Shown here piece after piece: positions 26,703-39,907 of a stretch of DNA of 64,000 nucleotides; position 1 is the first letter of the stretch, and each line of letters starts with the position of its first letter. Under the pieces are notes generated by a model. That model did no database searches. It saw only the letters and a program-made list of their open reading frames with translations, and was not told the origin of the DNA. Origin of the DNA: Eledone cirrhosa (taxonomy: Eukaryota). The stretch lies in assembly GCA_964016885.1 (NCBI GenBank), contig OZ024762.1, forward strand, positions 682,001-746,000, in the 5' to 3' direction. Made by a program: the position numbers and the translations under genes.

Positions 26703-26757
26703 ACTGCCTGAAGAGGTCACAGCCAAAGATGGCTGTCACCGAAATATATATAGCAGT
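26703..26757 (+). ncRNA. Type I hammerhead (family G), cleanest example
   Basis: ACTGC CTGAAGA GGTCACAGCCA-AAGA-TGGCTGTCACC GAAA TATATA TA^GCAGT. Confidence 0.85.
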
Positions 26758-27307
26758 AATAAACGAAGCCAAATTTTAAATATTTGATTTATTTATTTTA
26801 GTTTATTTTACATTACTCCGGAGTAACCAAACCAACCTGCACTTCGTCGAGTGCTCCAATCTGCATACTGAGGTGTTGGTATACAACCAACATATACTCA
26901 AAATTTATGTATATATATATATCATCATCATTCATTTCATTTTATGTCCACTTTTCCCTGCTTGCAAGGGTGGGACGGGAACTGATTCTGGCTTGATTTC
27001 TACAGCTGGATGCCCTTCCTAACACCAACCTCATTTACAGTGAGTGCTGGGTGCTTTTTTTGCCGTGGCACCTCCACGACCACTTTGCAGTGGAATGATA
27101 GGGACCCCAGTCCCTATCATCTAATTTCTATAGCTGAGTAAACTGGAGCAATGTGAAATAAAGTGTCTTGCTCAAGGACACAACACATCACCCGGTCTGA
27201 GAATTGAACTCACAACCTTTATATATAGTCTATATATATAGAGAGAGAGACATATATATATATATGTATATATATATGTCTGTATATATATATATAGAGA
27301 GAGAGAC

Positions 27308-27339
<32 letters not shown>

Positions 27340-27433
27340 GTCTATATATATATAGACATATAACTCCGATTCAACCCGGAATAACTTATATATATATATA
27401 AGCCTCCAATTATATATATATACATATACATAG

Positions 27434-27515
<82 letters not shown>

Positions 27516-28953
27516 CCGGGAACTATTATAGGCACCCGTTTACGTGTGTTGTATTGAAGCGAATAACTATGTGTATACTCTGGGAGTGTATCTTACATTG
27601 CCCATGGAGTACCCTGACATACACCCGGTACTGGCATTGATAAATATGCTGGGTCCGTCAACTCCTTATTATATATTTGACGCATAGAGTTACGGCCCTT
27701 GCCATTCTGAGTTCAAATCCCGCCGAGGTTCACTTTGCTTTTCATCCTTACGGGGTCGATAAAATAAAAGTACCAGTAATACACTGGGTAATTGCTAGCC
27801 TTGTGACAAAAGTCGAAACAATTATATATAGACATATATATATATATGTGTGTGTATATATATATGTGTGAGTGTGTGTGTGTATATATATTCTGTCATT
27901 ACCACAACAGAAGCCTGACAAGCTTTTGATTCCAGAGTCGGGCCAGATCGATACCGATCAAACCTTGAGCTGATCAATAGCGAAACACGTGTCACTACTC
28001 AATAAACGTAATGGAGGCTTAACAAATCGTCCTTTTTATTATTCTGGTTTGGCAGTATCGGTAGAGAGGGAGAGAGTGATAGGTAAGAGAGAGAGTGAGG
28101 GAGAGTGAGAGAGAGGGGGGGGAGAGGGAGTGTGTGTGTAGTGAGAGAGAGGGGGGGGGTGATAGGTAAGAGAGAGAGAGAGAGAGTGTGTGTGTGTGTA
28201 GTGAAAGAGAGGGAGTGATAGGTAAGAGAGACAGAGAGAAGGAGCGTGTAGTGAGAGAGAGGGAGTGATAGGTAAGAGAGAGGGAGCGTGTAGTGAGAGA
28301 GAGGGAGTGATAGGTAAGAGAGAGGGAGTGATAGGTAAGAGAGAGGGAGCGTGTAGTGAGAGAGAGGGAGTGATAGGTAAGAGAGAGGGAGTGATAGGTA
28401 AGAGAGAGAGAGTGTGTGTGGAGGGAGAGTGTAGTGAGAGAGAGGGAGCGTGTAGTGAGAGAGAGGGAGTGATAGGTAAGAGAGAGAGAGTGTGTGTGGA
28501 GGGAGAGTGTAGTGAGAGAGAGGGAGTGATAGGTAAGAGAGAGGGAGCGTGTAGTGAGAGAGAGGGAGTGATAGGTAAGAGAAAGAGAGTGTGTGTGGAG
28601 TGAGAGTGAGAGAGAGAGTGTGTAGAGAGAGAGAGGGAGTGATAGGTAAGAGAAAGAGAGTGTGTGTGGAGTGAGAGTGAGAGAGAGAGACGTAACTAAG
28701 CAAGTACACGCCAGGAGAGGTGGAGCCACTGCTGGTTCACACATGATAGTTGGATATATCACTTGTGACTAGTATACACACACACACACACATATATATA
28801 CTATATATACACACACATATATATACTATATATACACACACATATATATATACTATATATACACACACATATATATATATATATACTATATATATACACA
28901 CACACATACATATATATACTATATATACACACACATACATATATACTATATAT

Positions 28954-28986
<33 letters not shown>

Positions 28987-29085
28987 CTATATATATACAC
29001 ACACACATACATATATACTATATATATACACACACACATACATATATATACTATATATACACACACATACATATATACTATATAT

Positions 29086-29118
<33 letters not shown>

Positions 29119-29454
29119 CTATATATATACACACACACATACATATATACTATATATACACACACACACATATATATACTATATATATACACACACACAT
29201 ACATATATACTATATATACACACACATACATATATACTATATATACACACACATACATATATACTATATATACACACACACATATATATATATATATATA
29301 CTATATATACACACACACACATACATATATACTATATATACACACACACACATATATATACTATATATATACACACACACATACATATATACTATATATA
29401 TACACATACATATATATACTATATATAAATATACACACACACATACATATATAC

Positions 29455-29486
<32 letters not shown>

Positions 29487-29657
29487 TACATATATATACT
29501 ATATATATATATATACACACATACACATACATATATACTATATACATATATATATATACACACACATACACATACATATATACTATATACATATATACAC
29601 ACACATACATATATACTATATACATATATACACACACATACACATACATATATACTA

Positions 29658-29726
<69 letters not shown>

Positions 29727-30003
29727 CATATATACTATATACATATATACACACACATACATACATATATATACACACACATATACACATACATATATAC
29801 TATATATATATACACACACATATATACTATATATATATATACACACACACATAATATATACTATATACATGCACACACACACATACATATATACTATATA
29901 TATATATATACACACACACATACATATATATACTATATATATATATATATACACACAGACACACACATTCACATATTTATATATTTATATATATATATAT
30001 ATA

Positions 30004-30078
30004 CAGGATGTTCCCAAAAATGTATACACACTTTAAGTTTGCTCTTGAAATGTGTATACATTTTTGGGGGACACCCTG
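30004..30078. mobile_element. Tiny Tc1/mariner-type MITE (nearly TIR-only); single TIRs at ~18230 and ~55123
   Basis: TA|CAGGATGTTCCCAAAAAATGTATACAC...GTGTATACATTTTTGGGGGACACCCTG|TA. Confidence 0.65.
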
Positions 30079-30265
30079 TATATACAATTATATGTATATG
30101 TGTGTGTATAGAACCCTGATGTAACTCGGGAGGCCAACAACAGTCAATAGAAGGTACTCAATAGGTTAGTAGAGTATATCTATATATATACTCCCTCTCT
30201 ATTTCTATATATATATATATACTCCCTCTATATATATACTCCCCCTCTCTCTCTATATATATATA

Positions 30266-30302
<37 letters not shown>

Positions 30303-30304
30303 CA

Positions 30305-30379
<75 letters not shown>

Positions 30380-30478
30380 GCGATGAAATACCAATGATGG
30401 TTGGCAAATCACTGACGAAGGACTATTTTTATCATATGTAACCCATGTGCAAACCACGCAGTATTCTTCTTTCTTCTC

Positions 30479-30540
<62 letters not shown>

Positions 30541-30551
30541 CATATATATAT

Positions 30552-30700
30552 ATACTGGGGTCTGTAGTGTACCAGTAATATACTGGGGTCTGTAGTGTAC
30601 CAGTAATATACTGGGGTCTGTAGTGTACCAGTAATATACTGGAGTCTGTAATGTACCAGTAACATACTGGGATCTGAAACCTACCAGTAATATACTGGGG
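30552..30700. repeat. 28-bp tandem repeat (TATACTGGGGTCTGTAGTGTACCAGTAA)n, ~5 copies
   Basis: Direct inspection. Confidence 0.85.
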
Positions 30701-33200
30701 TGTTGTGACACTTTAGTTAGTGGGTCCCACTAATACATATACACACATATACATACATACACACACATATATATGTGTGTGTGTATGTATATGGTTGGCG
30801 ACAGGAAGGGCAGCCCAAGGTAGAAACCTGGTCTAAAAGAGTTGAGAGGACCTTTCAGTTGTGTCAAAGACACAACAACCTCTCCAGTGTTGGGGATCTA
30901 TACGATAAATACACCCAGTACACTCTGTAAAGTGGTTGGTCTAAGAAAGGGCATCCAGCCATAGAAAGCTTGCCAAACAAGAGGTTGAAAGGACCCTTCA
31001 GTTGTGTCAAGGAAACGACACCCTCCCCTGTGCCCTCAATATGACCATTCATAAGCGGGATATAGGCCCCTTTGGTCAGTGTGGGAGGTCAGTAGCCCTA
31101 CTTCAGTACTGACTGACTTGGTCAATGTTGACCTGTCCAAACCTTGGGAACAGTGAAAGCAGACGTTAAAGGATGATGATGATGTGTATATATATATATA
31201 TTAATTCAAAATATTAACCATCTACTAAGTCAGGGTATGTCATGCATCATCTTATTTTATCTGATGAGGACGTACTGTTGAAGATAGCTCAGTATCTCTG
31301 AAATATGTCTATTTTTGTTAATATTTTGAATTAATATTAATAACTCTGGAAAACCTTCTTGTTGAGTGCTTCCAATCTATTGTAAAACTCATTGTTTGAT
31401 TTATTCATTGAACCTTGTTTAACCTTTAAATATATATATATATGTGTGTGTATGCAAACACACGTGTGTGTATATATACACATATATACAATGATGAGGT
31501 GTTTTAAATTAATAATTTAAAATAAAAGGAATTCTATTTTTCCACAAAGTTTAAACACAGAGAAGCTTCAAGGGAGACAACTCAGGTGGACCCTAGAATT
31601 TTGTATTTATACTGTGTGGTGTGGTATGTTGTGGTGTGTGGTGTGGTGTGTGGTGTGTTGTGGTGTGTGGTGTGTTGTGGTGTGTTGTGGTGTGTTGTAG
31701 TGTGTTGTAGTGTGGTGTGGTGTGTTGTGGTGTGTGGTGTGGTATGTTGTGGTGTGTGGTGTGTTGTGTGGTGTGTTGTGGTGTGTGGTGTGGTGTGTTG
31801 TAGTGTGGTGTGGTGTGGTATGTTGTGGTGTGTGGTGTGGTGTGTTGTGGTGTGTTGTGTGTGGTGTGTGGTGTGTGTTTGGTGTGTGTTGTGTATGTGT
31901 GGTATGCGTGTGGGTGGAGTATGTGTGTATATGTATGTGCGCTGTGTGTGTGTGATATATGTACTGTGCTCTATGTGTGTGTGTGTGTGTATATTGGGTG
32001 ATGTATGTACTGTGCTGTATATGTGTGCTGTGTGTATGTGTGTGTATCACATACGTACTGTGCTCTGTGTGTGTGTGTGTGTGTCCTCCATGTATGTGTG
32101 AACCACCAAGGTGAAGCTGCGATGAGCATCAGCCATTACAGTAGCAGTACAGAAGACAAGGAGTGGATGTGAACTAAGACAGTTGTTCTTGAGTTCAAAT
32201 CCCGCCGAGGTTAACCTTACTTTTCATTCTTACGAGGTTGATAAAATAAAGTACCCGTAATGCACTGGGGTAATTGTTGGCCTTGTGCCAAAAGTAGAAA
32301 CAATTATGTTTTATTATATCCACCCTGGCTCTCTTGACTCCCAGTTCAAACTACACCGAGGGGAAACGTTGACCTTAATCCTGTTTTCTTGTTGATAACT
32401 AATGGACCGGTTCAGAGTAATTAAGTCAAATAGGTAAAATTTGGCTTCGTTTATTATAAATTATTATAATTTATAATAATTTATTATAATTTATAATAAA
32501 CGAAGCCAAATTTTACCTATTTGACTTAATTATTTTACATAACTCCGGAGTAAACAAACCAGCCTGCGTACCTCGTGGAGTGCTCCATTCTGCATACTGA
32601 GGTGTCGGTAAACAACCAACATATACTCAATATATATATAAATAGAGTCTATATATATATTTTTTTTTTTTTTTCTTATCAGAAAACGTGTGTTGAAATA
32701 GATATTCTTATACTTTAGGAGGGTCATGTGGCAAAAAAAACCCAAAAAAAACAAGATGGTGTAGAGCAGAACAAAGGAAAGACAAAATAAAAACCCAGTC
32801 ACTGAGGAGGTCACAGAATGTGTGACGAAACAGCTTTGACAAATATATAAACAAGCATCTGGTTATTGAGCCAACCAACCAACCAGAAATTTATAATTAA
32901 TTGAAGTGGAAACCAACAGCTGCTTGTGTTATTGTTGGCAGCTTGACTCTCCCAATATATATATATACATGAAAAGATTCAGGACCTCGATGGCAGAGCT
33001 CTGGCCATTTCAACTACCCATTCTAGTACCGCAAGTAATCGAGTACTCTGGTGGGTTATGATCCACCTGGTATTTTGTCACACTCTCTCTCTGATATATA
33101 GGTGTGATGATAACAGGGAAAAGTGGACGTAAAATGATGATGATGATGATGATATATATATGTATATATATCATCACACCTATCAACATCATTGTTTAAC

Positions 33201-33248
<48 letters not shown>

Positions 33249-33789
33249 TGCTGGCTTCATTAACAAATTTATGTATATATATATATGTACATATATATAT
33301 ATATATTTGTTTGTAAATAACATTATTCTTTCTGCACCTTCTCTTTAACATGTGTGACACCACACTAATACATGTGACACCACACTAATACATTTCACTA
33401 TCATTTGATAATGCATAAAAATGCTGAAACCGGTAATAGACAATTATTAAATATATAAATAGATAAATAAATGCCATTGTTAAATAATAAATAAATCAAC
33501 TAATACCTTAACACTTCACACAAAGTAAAACATTTCGCTTTAATCATTTTCTAACCCAGAAAAGAGAGAGAGAGAAATAAAAAAGGGAAAAAATATATTT
33601 TTCTCCCTAATAATCGTCTCTTTCTCCCTGTTTTTATATATATATATATATATGTATATATATGTAGGAGGTGATTTTTATTGTAGTACAATAAAGCAAT
33701 GCAGATATCGGATAAGAAGCACTCTACAGTTTGTAGGACTGGAGTATACATAATATATAAGATCAAAAGATGGTTAAAAGAGTTCCATG

Positions 33790-34042
33790 TATTTTATTAT
33801 GCGCATTTCAAAAACAAATATCATCATGCAATAACATTTGTGTTTTCATCAGATAAAATAGGAAGACATGATATGAAGGTTATGTGGATAGTGCAGTTTT
33901 AAATCAACATATATGTTGATTTAAAACTGCACTATTCACAAGTGTGTTTTAACCTTCATATCATGTCTTCCTATTTTATCTGATGAAAACACAAATGTTA
34001 TTGCATGATGATATTTGTTTTTGAAATGCGCATAATAAAATA
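33790..34042. ncRNA. Two family-A hammerheads in inverted orientation (33790-33860 minus; 33972-34042 plus)
   Basis: Same fold as 1676-1746, within a ~320-bp inverted duplication (33755-34078). Confidence 0.78.
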
Positions 34043-34076
34043 CATGGAACTCTTTTAACCATCTTTTGATCTTATA

Positions 34077-34175
<99 letters not shown>

Positions 34176-34600
34176 TAAACATTTGAATATCAACCTGGCC
34201 CAAAGCAGCTCTGGTTCTATGAACAAAACCTCCTATTTTAAATGGGGGGGGGGGTTTAAATTAAAACCTGCCAATAAAATCTTAAATAAGAACCATTTGT
34301 TAAATTGTTTTCTAAATACCATCTTCCTTTCAAACTCCGTGTATTCACATCTTCAGAGCTTTTCTCGTCTCTTCAAATCGTTGGTTAAATTCTTCCTAAC
34401 AAAACATTGTATCTGCATTTATAACACATATCTGCTGCTGTGCATTGCAACAATTCTTCATATATGTGTATATATATACACACACATACACATACATATA
34501 CACACACACACATATATATACACACATACACACATATATACACACACACACACATATATATATGTATGTATATACACCTACATACATATTTACACAAAAC

Positions 34601-34639
<39 letters not shown>

Positions 34640-35461
34640 CCTACATAAATATAGAAATATATATATAGTTTCTGAATTTGGTTTTTTTTTTTTTTTTTGG
34701 CAACATGACCCTCCCAAAGTATAACAATATATATATATATATACACATACATATATATATACATATAAATATATAAATTATATATATGTATACACACATA
34801 TATATATAAACATATATGTATACACACACACATATATACACACACATATATGTATACAGACACATATATATATAAACATATAAGTATACACACATACATA
34901 TATATATATACAGAAACATCTCTCAAAGACAAAAAAAGCTTCTCGAAATGTCACAACCTTTACAATTAAAGAAGCGAAAATATAGCTGGATTATTCCAGT
35001 AAAGACATGGCGACAGCTCTAGTGTTGTTGCTAGGATAAATTACACCCAGTACACTCTGTAATATGTAAAGTGGACATTCTCAAAATAAATTAAAAATGA
35101 GTAAATAAATAAATAAAATCAATCATGGAACCTATACATGGACATACATATATATAAATATATATAAATATATATAAATACATACATATATATCAACATA
35201 CACACATACATATATACAGACATACATACATACATATATATATATAACAAAGGAAGTGTGGTAAGGAACCAGGTGGACCATAACGCACCAGAGTACTACA
35301 TGTACCTCTCAACCAGGATTGAACCCAAGACCAGGGTCTCCACCGTCTCTAGTACCTACCGCTAGTCCACTGAGACAGCTACAATACTGCGTTAGTTCAG
35401 AACTAGGTGTCGAAACGGCCGGAGCTCAGCCGTCGGGGTCCTGGTTCTTTTCTTACATATA

Positions 35462-35500
<39 letters not shown>

Positions 35501-35650
35501 ACTCACATACACATACATATAAATATAGGCAGACACACACACACACACATATATAACTTTGAATAACTTTGAATAACTTTGAAATGTTTTGGCCAGTATT
35601 GGCCCAGGCCATGTCTAACTTAATAGCACCACCTGGCGAAGTCTTTCAAT

Positions 35651-38600
35651 TCAGGATTTGGGCACCATGGCCCATTCGAGAAGAGAATTACTGTTTGCGG
35701 AGACATATCCGGGTGTGGGTGGTTTGTCCGGGATTACTTGGAGGAATTTGTCCAAAGACTTCTTGAATTTTGTGTGGTCAGTTTCTGTTTTGACGTGTCC
35801 TGGTGTGATGTTGAAGAGAGCACGGCCGATTGAGGTGAAATAATTGTGCCGTATTGTTGTTATGAGTTGCGATTTAGATTTTTGAATGGGACGGATAGCA
35901 CGGGGCCCAAGCCTTGGGTGTATCTTGAAGGCGATGCCAACATCATTTGGGCAGTGATGATGGAACATTTTCCACATCATGCAGATAATATAACGCTCAC
36001 GGCGACGTTGGAGTGAGTAAAGTTTCAGGTTTTCCAATCGACCCCAGTAGTCAAGGTCTGACATGCCATCTATCTTTTTCGTGATTGCCCTTTGAGGAGC
36101 TTCAAGTTTCATGATACTTTGTTTCGTGTGGGGAGACCACAGTGGACAACAGTATTCAAGGTGTGGTCGGGCGAAAGTAGAGAAGAGAAGGATAATGGTG
36201 CGGGAATCTCTCGACTGGAAGGTTCTGAGGATCCAGGAACACATTCTGCGGGCCATGTCAACTTTGCTGCTTATATGCGTGGTCCAGCTTATGTTGCTGT
36301 CCACGGTTACTCCCAAGTCTCTGATGTTGTTAGATGCCACGAGAGTTTCCCCGGAGGGAAGGGAGTACGGGAGTTTCAGAGCATCCTCTTTTCCAAAGTG
36401 GATCAGTTCGAATTTGTCTTCGTTCAGTAGCATGTTGTTCTTTTCTGCCCATTGGGTAACAGCCAGTAGGTCTGACTGAAGGCTTATCCGGTCATCCACG
36501 CCATTGATGACCTTTTGGAGCTTGGAATCATCAGCGAAAATTTTAATGTTGCTGTGTTTGATGATGTCAGTGATGTCATTAATATAGATGATGAAGAGAA
36601 GTGGGCCCAACACAGTGCCTTGTGGGACTCCACTACTGACTTTGGCTGGGCTTGATTTGACTCCCTCAACTACAACATGTTGGGTTCTGTTTGACAGGAA
36701 GCTCTTGATCCACTGCAGCAGCTTTCCAGTGACACCAATATTGGACAGCTTTCTCAGTAGAATGTTATGATCAACCCTGTCAAAGGCCTTGCTGAAATCA
36801 AGGTAGATAACATCAGTGTTGGAACCCTCTCCCAAGGCTCTCAAAATGTCATCAAAGTGATGCAGTAGTTGCGTCAGGCAATCCCTTCCATTACGGAATC
36901 CATGCTGGTTGGAGTTCAGCATATTGTTACTCTCAAGGAAGTGGGTCATTCGCGATCTCACCACTCGCTCAAATACCTTAATGATATGAGAGGTGAGTGA
37001 GATTGGACGGTAATTCACGGCAAGGGATTTGTTTCCCTTTTTGAAAACTGGGACAACAGACTGGGATAGAAGGTTTTCTGGCACATATCCAGCATCCAGT
37101 GAGTTCCGCCACAGATTGGCAAGAGGAGAAGCAAGTTGGTGTTGACACGCCTTCAAGACACAAGCAGGGAACCTATCGGGACCTACTGCTGAATTATGCT
37201 TGATTTCCTTTATTGCCGCCAAGACATCAGGGGCGCCAAACGTTATGTCCGATAAGGTGTAATGGGGAGTAACATCGCCGATACAGCCCAGATCGGCCAT
37301 ATCAGGATTGCTGAAAACAGAGCAGTATTGTTTCTGCAGTATCTCACCCATGGTTTTAGCATTGTCTTGAAGAGTGCCATTTTCATCAATTAGAGGGCCA
37401 ACAGTAGAGCCAGTGATTTTGTGTTTTTTTGCAAATGAAAAGAACACTTTGGGATTGAGTTTGATCTTCTCAATGGCCCAGGCCTCTTCAGCTCTTCTCT
37501 GATTGTTGATGAGGGACATTATGTTGTTTTGGAGGTTATGTTTTTTAATCTCTAGTGATGAAATGGCAGTCAAGTTGATGTGTTGCTGCTGACAGTATTT
37601 CAGCTTGTTGATTTTTTTGTTCGTTCTCTTAATTTTTCTGATGAGTGTTTTTCTATTTCTAGGGATTCTGCTCTTAGATTTGTTTATAGTTCTTAATGGG
37701 GTGTGTTTAGCACATATGTTTGTAACAGTGTCCACAAATGTCTGCCAGGACTTTTTGATGTTAGTGGGTGTATGAGTGTGCGTGAAGGACCAGTCGACAT
37801 GTGCAAGATCATGACTGATCGCTTCCCAGTTTGCATTGTGGAAATCCATAGCGTCAAACGGATGGACAGGAGAAATGACATTGGGTTTGTATATTGGACG
37901 GTGGAATCTCAGATCACAGAGAACCATGTCATGATCAGAGAGTAGAGTTTTCTCCACTGCAATATTGTGGATATTGTCAGTGTGATTGCTGAAAATTAAG
38001 TCTAGGACGTTTTTGTGGCACCTCGTTGGTTCGAGCACTAGTTGGGATAGGAAGAAATCATCCATGAAGTCAAGAAGCGATTCCACAGCTTCCCTGTCAG
38101 AGGTTGAGGCAGAAGAACCTGGTGGCAGGGTGTTTGTGGACCAGTCAACTCCGGGGAGGTTGAAGTCCCCCATCATTAAGATGTTGTCAGGGTGACACTC
38201 TTGGATGAAACACTTTATGCTGTTGAGGCATTCCTTGAAGCATGGTACAGGCGTTTGGGGTGGCCTATAGAGCCCAACTACTAATAGGTTGTTGGTTTGA
38301 CTGAATACAGTGACTGCCTCACAGTATCCATTAGTGAATATGTTCATAGCCTCTGTTGAGAAAGAATTATGGACATAAATGGCAGTTCCGCCCTTTCTTC
38401 TGCCAGCGCGATCAGCACGGATGGCTTTGAAATTTTTCACTTTCACCTCGGCTTCCAAGTGGAGGTTACTGAGATGGGTTTCAGTGAGGACGAAGAAAGG
38501 GATGTGGTTTGGATGGACATCAATCCAGTCCTCCAGGAATTTGATCTTCCATTTTTGAGTATTGGTGGAAGGGCTGATGCCTTGGGCGTTAAGCAAAAAT

Positions 38601-38671
38601 GTAGAGGCGAGAGTGGATGGTTTTAATTGTTTTGGTGTGTTGTTAATTTGTTTGTTTGTTAATGGCAGCAA
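35651..38671 (-). CDS. LINE ORF2: AP-endonuclease + reverse transcriptase (CR1/L2/Jockey-group), 1006 aa, uninterrupted
   Basis: APE motifs LTETHL, GLYRPP, MGDFNLP, LDLIF, SDHD. RT motifs NYRPISLTS, QHGFR, YLDFSKAFD, GVPQGTVLGPLLF, FADD. C-terminal PHLEYCCPLWSP and LQRRRERY. Confidence 0.96.
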   Translation of the reverse strand: MLPLTNKQINNTPKQLKPSTLASTFLLNAQGISPSTNTQKWKIKFLEDWIDVHPNHIPFFVLTETHLSNLHLEAEVKVKNFKAIRADRAGRRKGGTAIYVHNSFSTEAMNIFTNGYCEAVTVFSQTNNLLVVGLYRPPQTPVPCFKECLNSIKCFIQECHPDNILMMGDFNLPGVDWSTNTLPPGSSASTSDREAVESLLDFMDDFFLSQLVLEPTRCHKNVLDLIFSNHTDNIHNIAVEKTLLSDHDMVLCDLRFHRPIYKPNVISPVHPFDAMDFHNANWEAISHDLAHVDWSFTHTHTPTNIKKSWQTFVDTVTNICAKHTPLRTINKSKSRIPRNRKTLIRKIKRTNKKINKLKYCQQQHINLTAISSLEIKKHNLQNNIMSLINNQRRAEEAWAIEKIKLNPKVFFSFAKKHKITGSTVGPLIDENGTLQDNAKTMGEILQKQYCSVFSNPDMADLGCIGDVTPHYTLSDITFGAPDVLAAIKEIKHNSAVGPDRFPACVLKACQHQLASPLANLWRNSLDAGYVPENLLSQSVVPVFKKGNKSLAVNYRPISLTSHIIKVFERVVRSRMTHFLESNNMLNSNQHGFRNGRDCLTQLLHHFDDILRALGEGSNTDVIYLDFSKAFDRVDHNILLRKLSNIGVTGKLLQWIKSFLSNRTQHVVVEGVKSSPAKVSSGVPQGTVLGPLLFIIYINDITDIIKHSNIKIFADDSKLQKVINGVDDRISLQSDLLAVTQWAEKNNMLLNEDKFELIHFGKEDALKLPYSLPSGETLVASNNIRDLGVTVDSNISWTTHISSKVDMARRMCSWILRTFQSRDSRTIILLFSTFARPHLEYCCPLWSPHTKQSIMKLEAPQRAITKKIDGMSDLDYWGRLENLKLYSLQRRRERYIICMMWKMFHHHCPNDVGIAFKIHPRLGPRAIRPIQKSKSQLITTIRHNYFTSIGRALFNITPGHVKTETDHTKFKKSLDKFLQVIPDKPPTPGYVSANSNSLLEWAMVPKS

Positions 38672-39834
38672 TGGGAGTTTGTGCAGTGGGGTGATAGTGG
38701 AGGGTGGTGCTGGGTGATAGCTCGAATGTTTTTTTCCAGTTCTTTTGCCAGATTCATTATGGCTAAAAAAGAGGAAGAAGTTTCCTGTTTAGAAGACTGT
38801 TGGTGACTGTGGTAGTGGTTATTTTTATGTAGGTTATGGTTTTTGTTTTTGCTTTTATTTTTAATTTTATTTTCATTTATCCGACGGGTCCCCGGGAGAT
38901 GGGTAAAGGGACAATCCCGGTCTAAACACAATCTGTCTCGCAGGGAAAAACGGCAGATTTGTGGATTCCTTGTTTGAGTTATTGGTGGTTGTGTTGGTGT
39001 TAAATTAGAGTATGTATTATGGTGGTGGCTGTTTGTGGGGATAGATCGTTTTGTCCTAGGTAAATGGGTGAATTTGCAGCCACTATCCGTACATATTCTA
39101 TAGCGTAGAGAGTAGCGGCAAATGATGGGGTTTCGAGTGGGTGGGTATGTGGGTGTGGGTGTTGTGAGAGGTGTAGATGATGGTTTGGGTAGGATTTGAC
39201 GACCTTTGTGGACTGTGGGAGGGAGAGTTCTTGTTCTGGTATTAGAAGGTAAATTCCTTGACATAGCAGTAGACAAAAATGTTGTAGTAGTAGTAGTAGT
39301 AGTAGGCAGAGATGTTGGCAGTGGTGATGATTGGACTGCTGGGCCAGAGAAAGGATGTGGCGTTTCATGCTGTGAGACAGAGGCTACTGGGGGGTCAATA
39401 GTTTCATTTAGTAGATCGGCCATTGTTGATGAATCAAGGAGTGGTTCACACTGTTGTTGTCGTTGTTGTTGTTGTTGTTGCTGTTGTTGTTGTTGTTGTA
39501 GCTGTTGTTGATGTTGTTGTTGTTGCTGTTGTTGCTGTTGCTGTTGTAGCTGCTGTTGTTGTTGTTGCTGCTGCTGGACAGCATTCGAAGAGAAAACACA
39601 CCGTAGTTTATCCAAATGTTTATTGATTAATTTAAAAGCAATTTCGATTTGCTTTAATTTATTTTGAATCTGTTGTTCAGATCGAGTTTTCAAAAATTGA
39701 ACTGTACGTTTAGCAATGTCGTTCAGAGATGAAGCATCTATATTTTCTGTTTGGGAAAGGCAATGCCATGTGTTTATTAGAATGTCGATTTCATTATCAG
39801 ACCAGTTCTGTTTGGATTTTTGCTGGTTAGCCAT
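38659..39834 (-). CDS. LINE ORF1, 391 aa: Myb/SANT-like N-terminus, polyQ, Pro/Thr-rich linker, two CCCH zinc fingers
   Basis: Open ORF directly upstream of ORF2 and overlapping it by 13 nt. Contains CRYSLRYRICTDSGCKFTH and CRFSLRDRLCLDRDCPFTH (C-x8-C-x4-C-x3-H). Confidence 0.8.
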   Translation of the reverse strand: MANQQKSKQNWSDNEIDILINTWHCLSQTENIDASSLNDIAKRTVQFLKTRSEQQIQNKLKQIEIAFKLINKHLDKLRCVFSSNAVQQQQQQQQQLQQQQQQQQQQQHQQQLQQQQQQQQQQQQRQQQCEPLLDSSTMADLLNETIDPPVASVSQHETPHPFSGPAVQSSPLPTSLPTTTTTTTTFLSTAMSRNLPSNTRTRTLPPTVHKGRQILPKPSSTPLTTPTPTYPPTRNPIICRYSLRYRICTDSGCKFTHLPRTKRSIPTNSHHHNTYSNLTPTQPPITQTRNPQICRFSLRDRLCLDRDCPFTHLPGTRRINENKIKNKSKNKNHNLHKNNHYHSHQQSSKQETSSSFLAIMNLAKELEKNIRAITQHHPPLSPHCTNSHCCH

Positions 39835-39874
39835 TCTAGTTTTGAGTGTGTGTGTGTTTTAGTTAAGTATTTCA

Positions 39875-39907
<33 letters not shown>

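Noticed and set aside
27912-28000. Additional hammerhead-like remnants (also ~33400-33445, ~26030, ~30410, ~42270)
   Set aside because: Core mutated or one half missing, so not counted as supported ribozymes.
28737-30036. Long ORFs rich in Y/I/H/T/V/C (also 40040-40814, 47459-47919, 53120-53766 and others)
   Set aside because: They are translations of (TA)n/(CA)n microsatellites that lack stop codons. No coding evidence.
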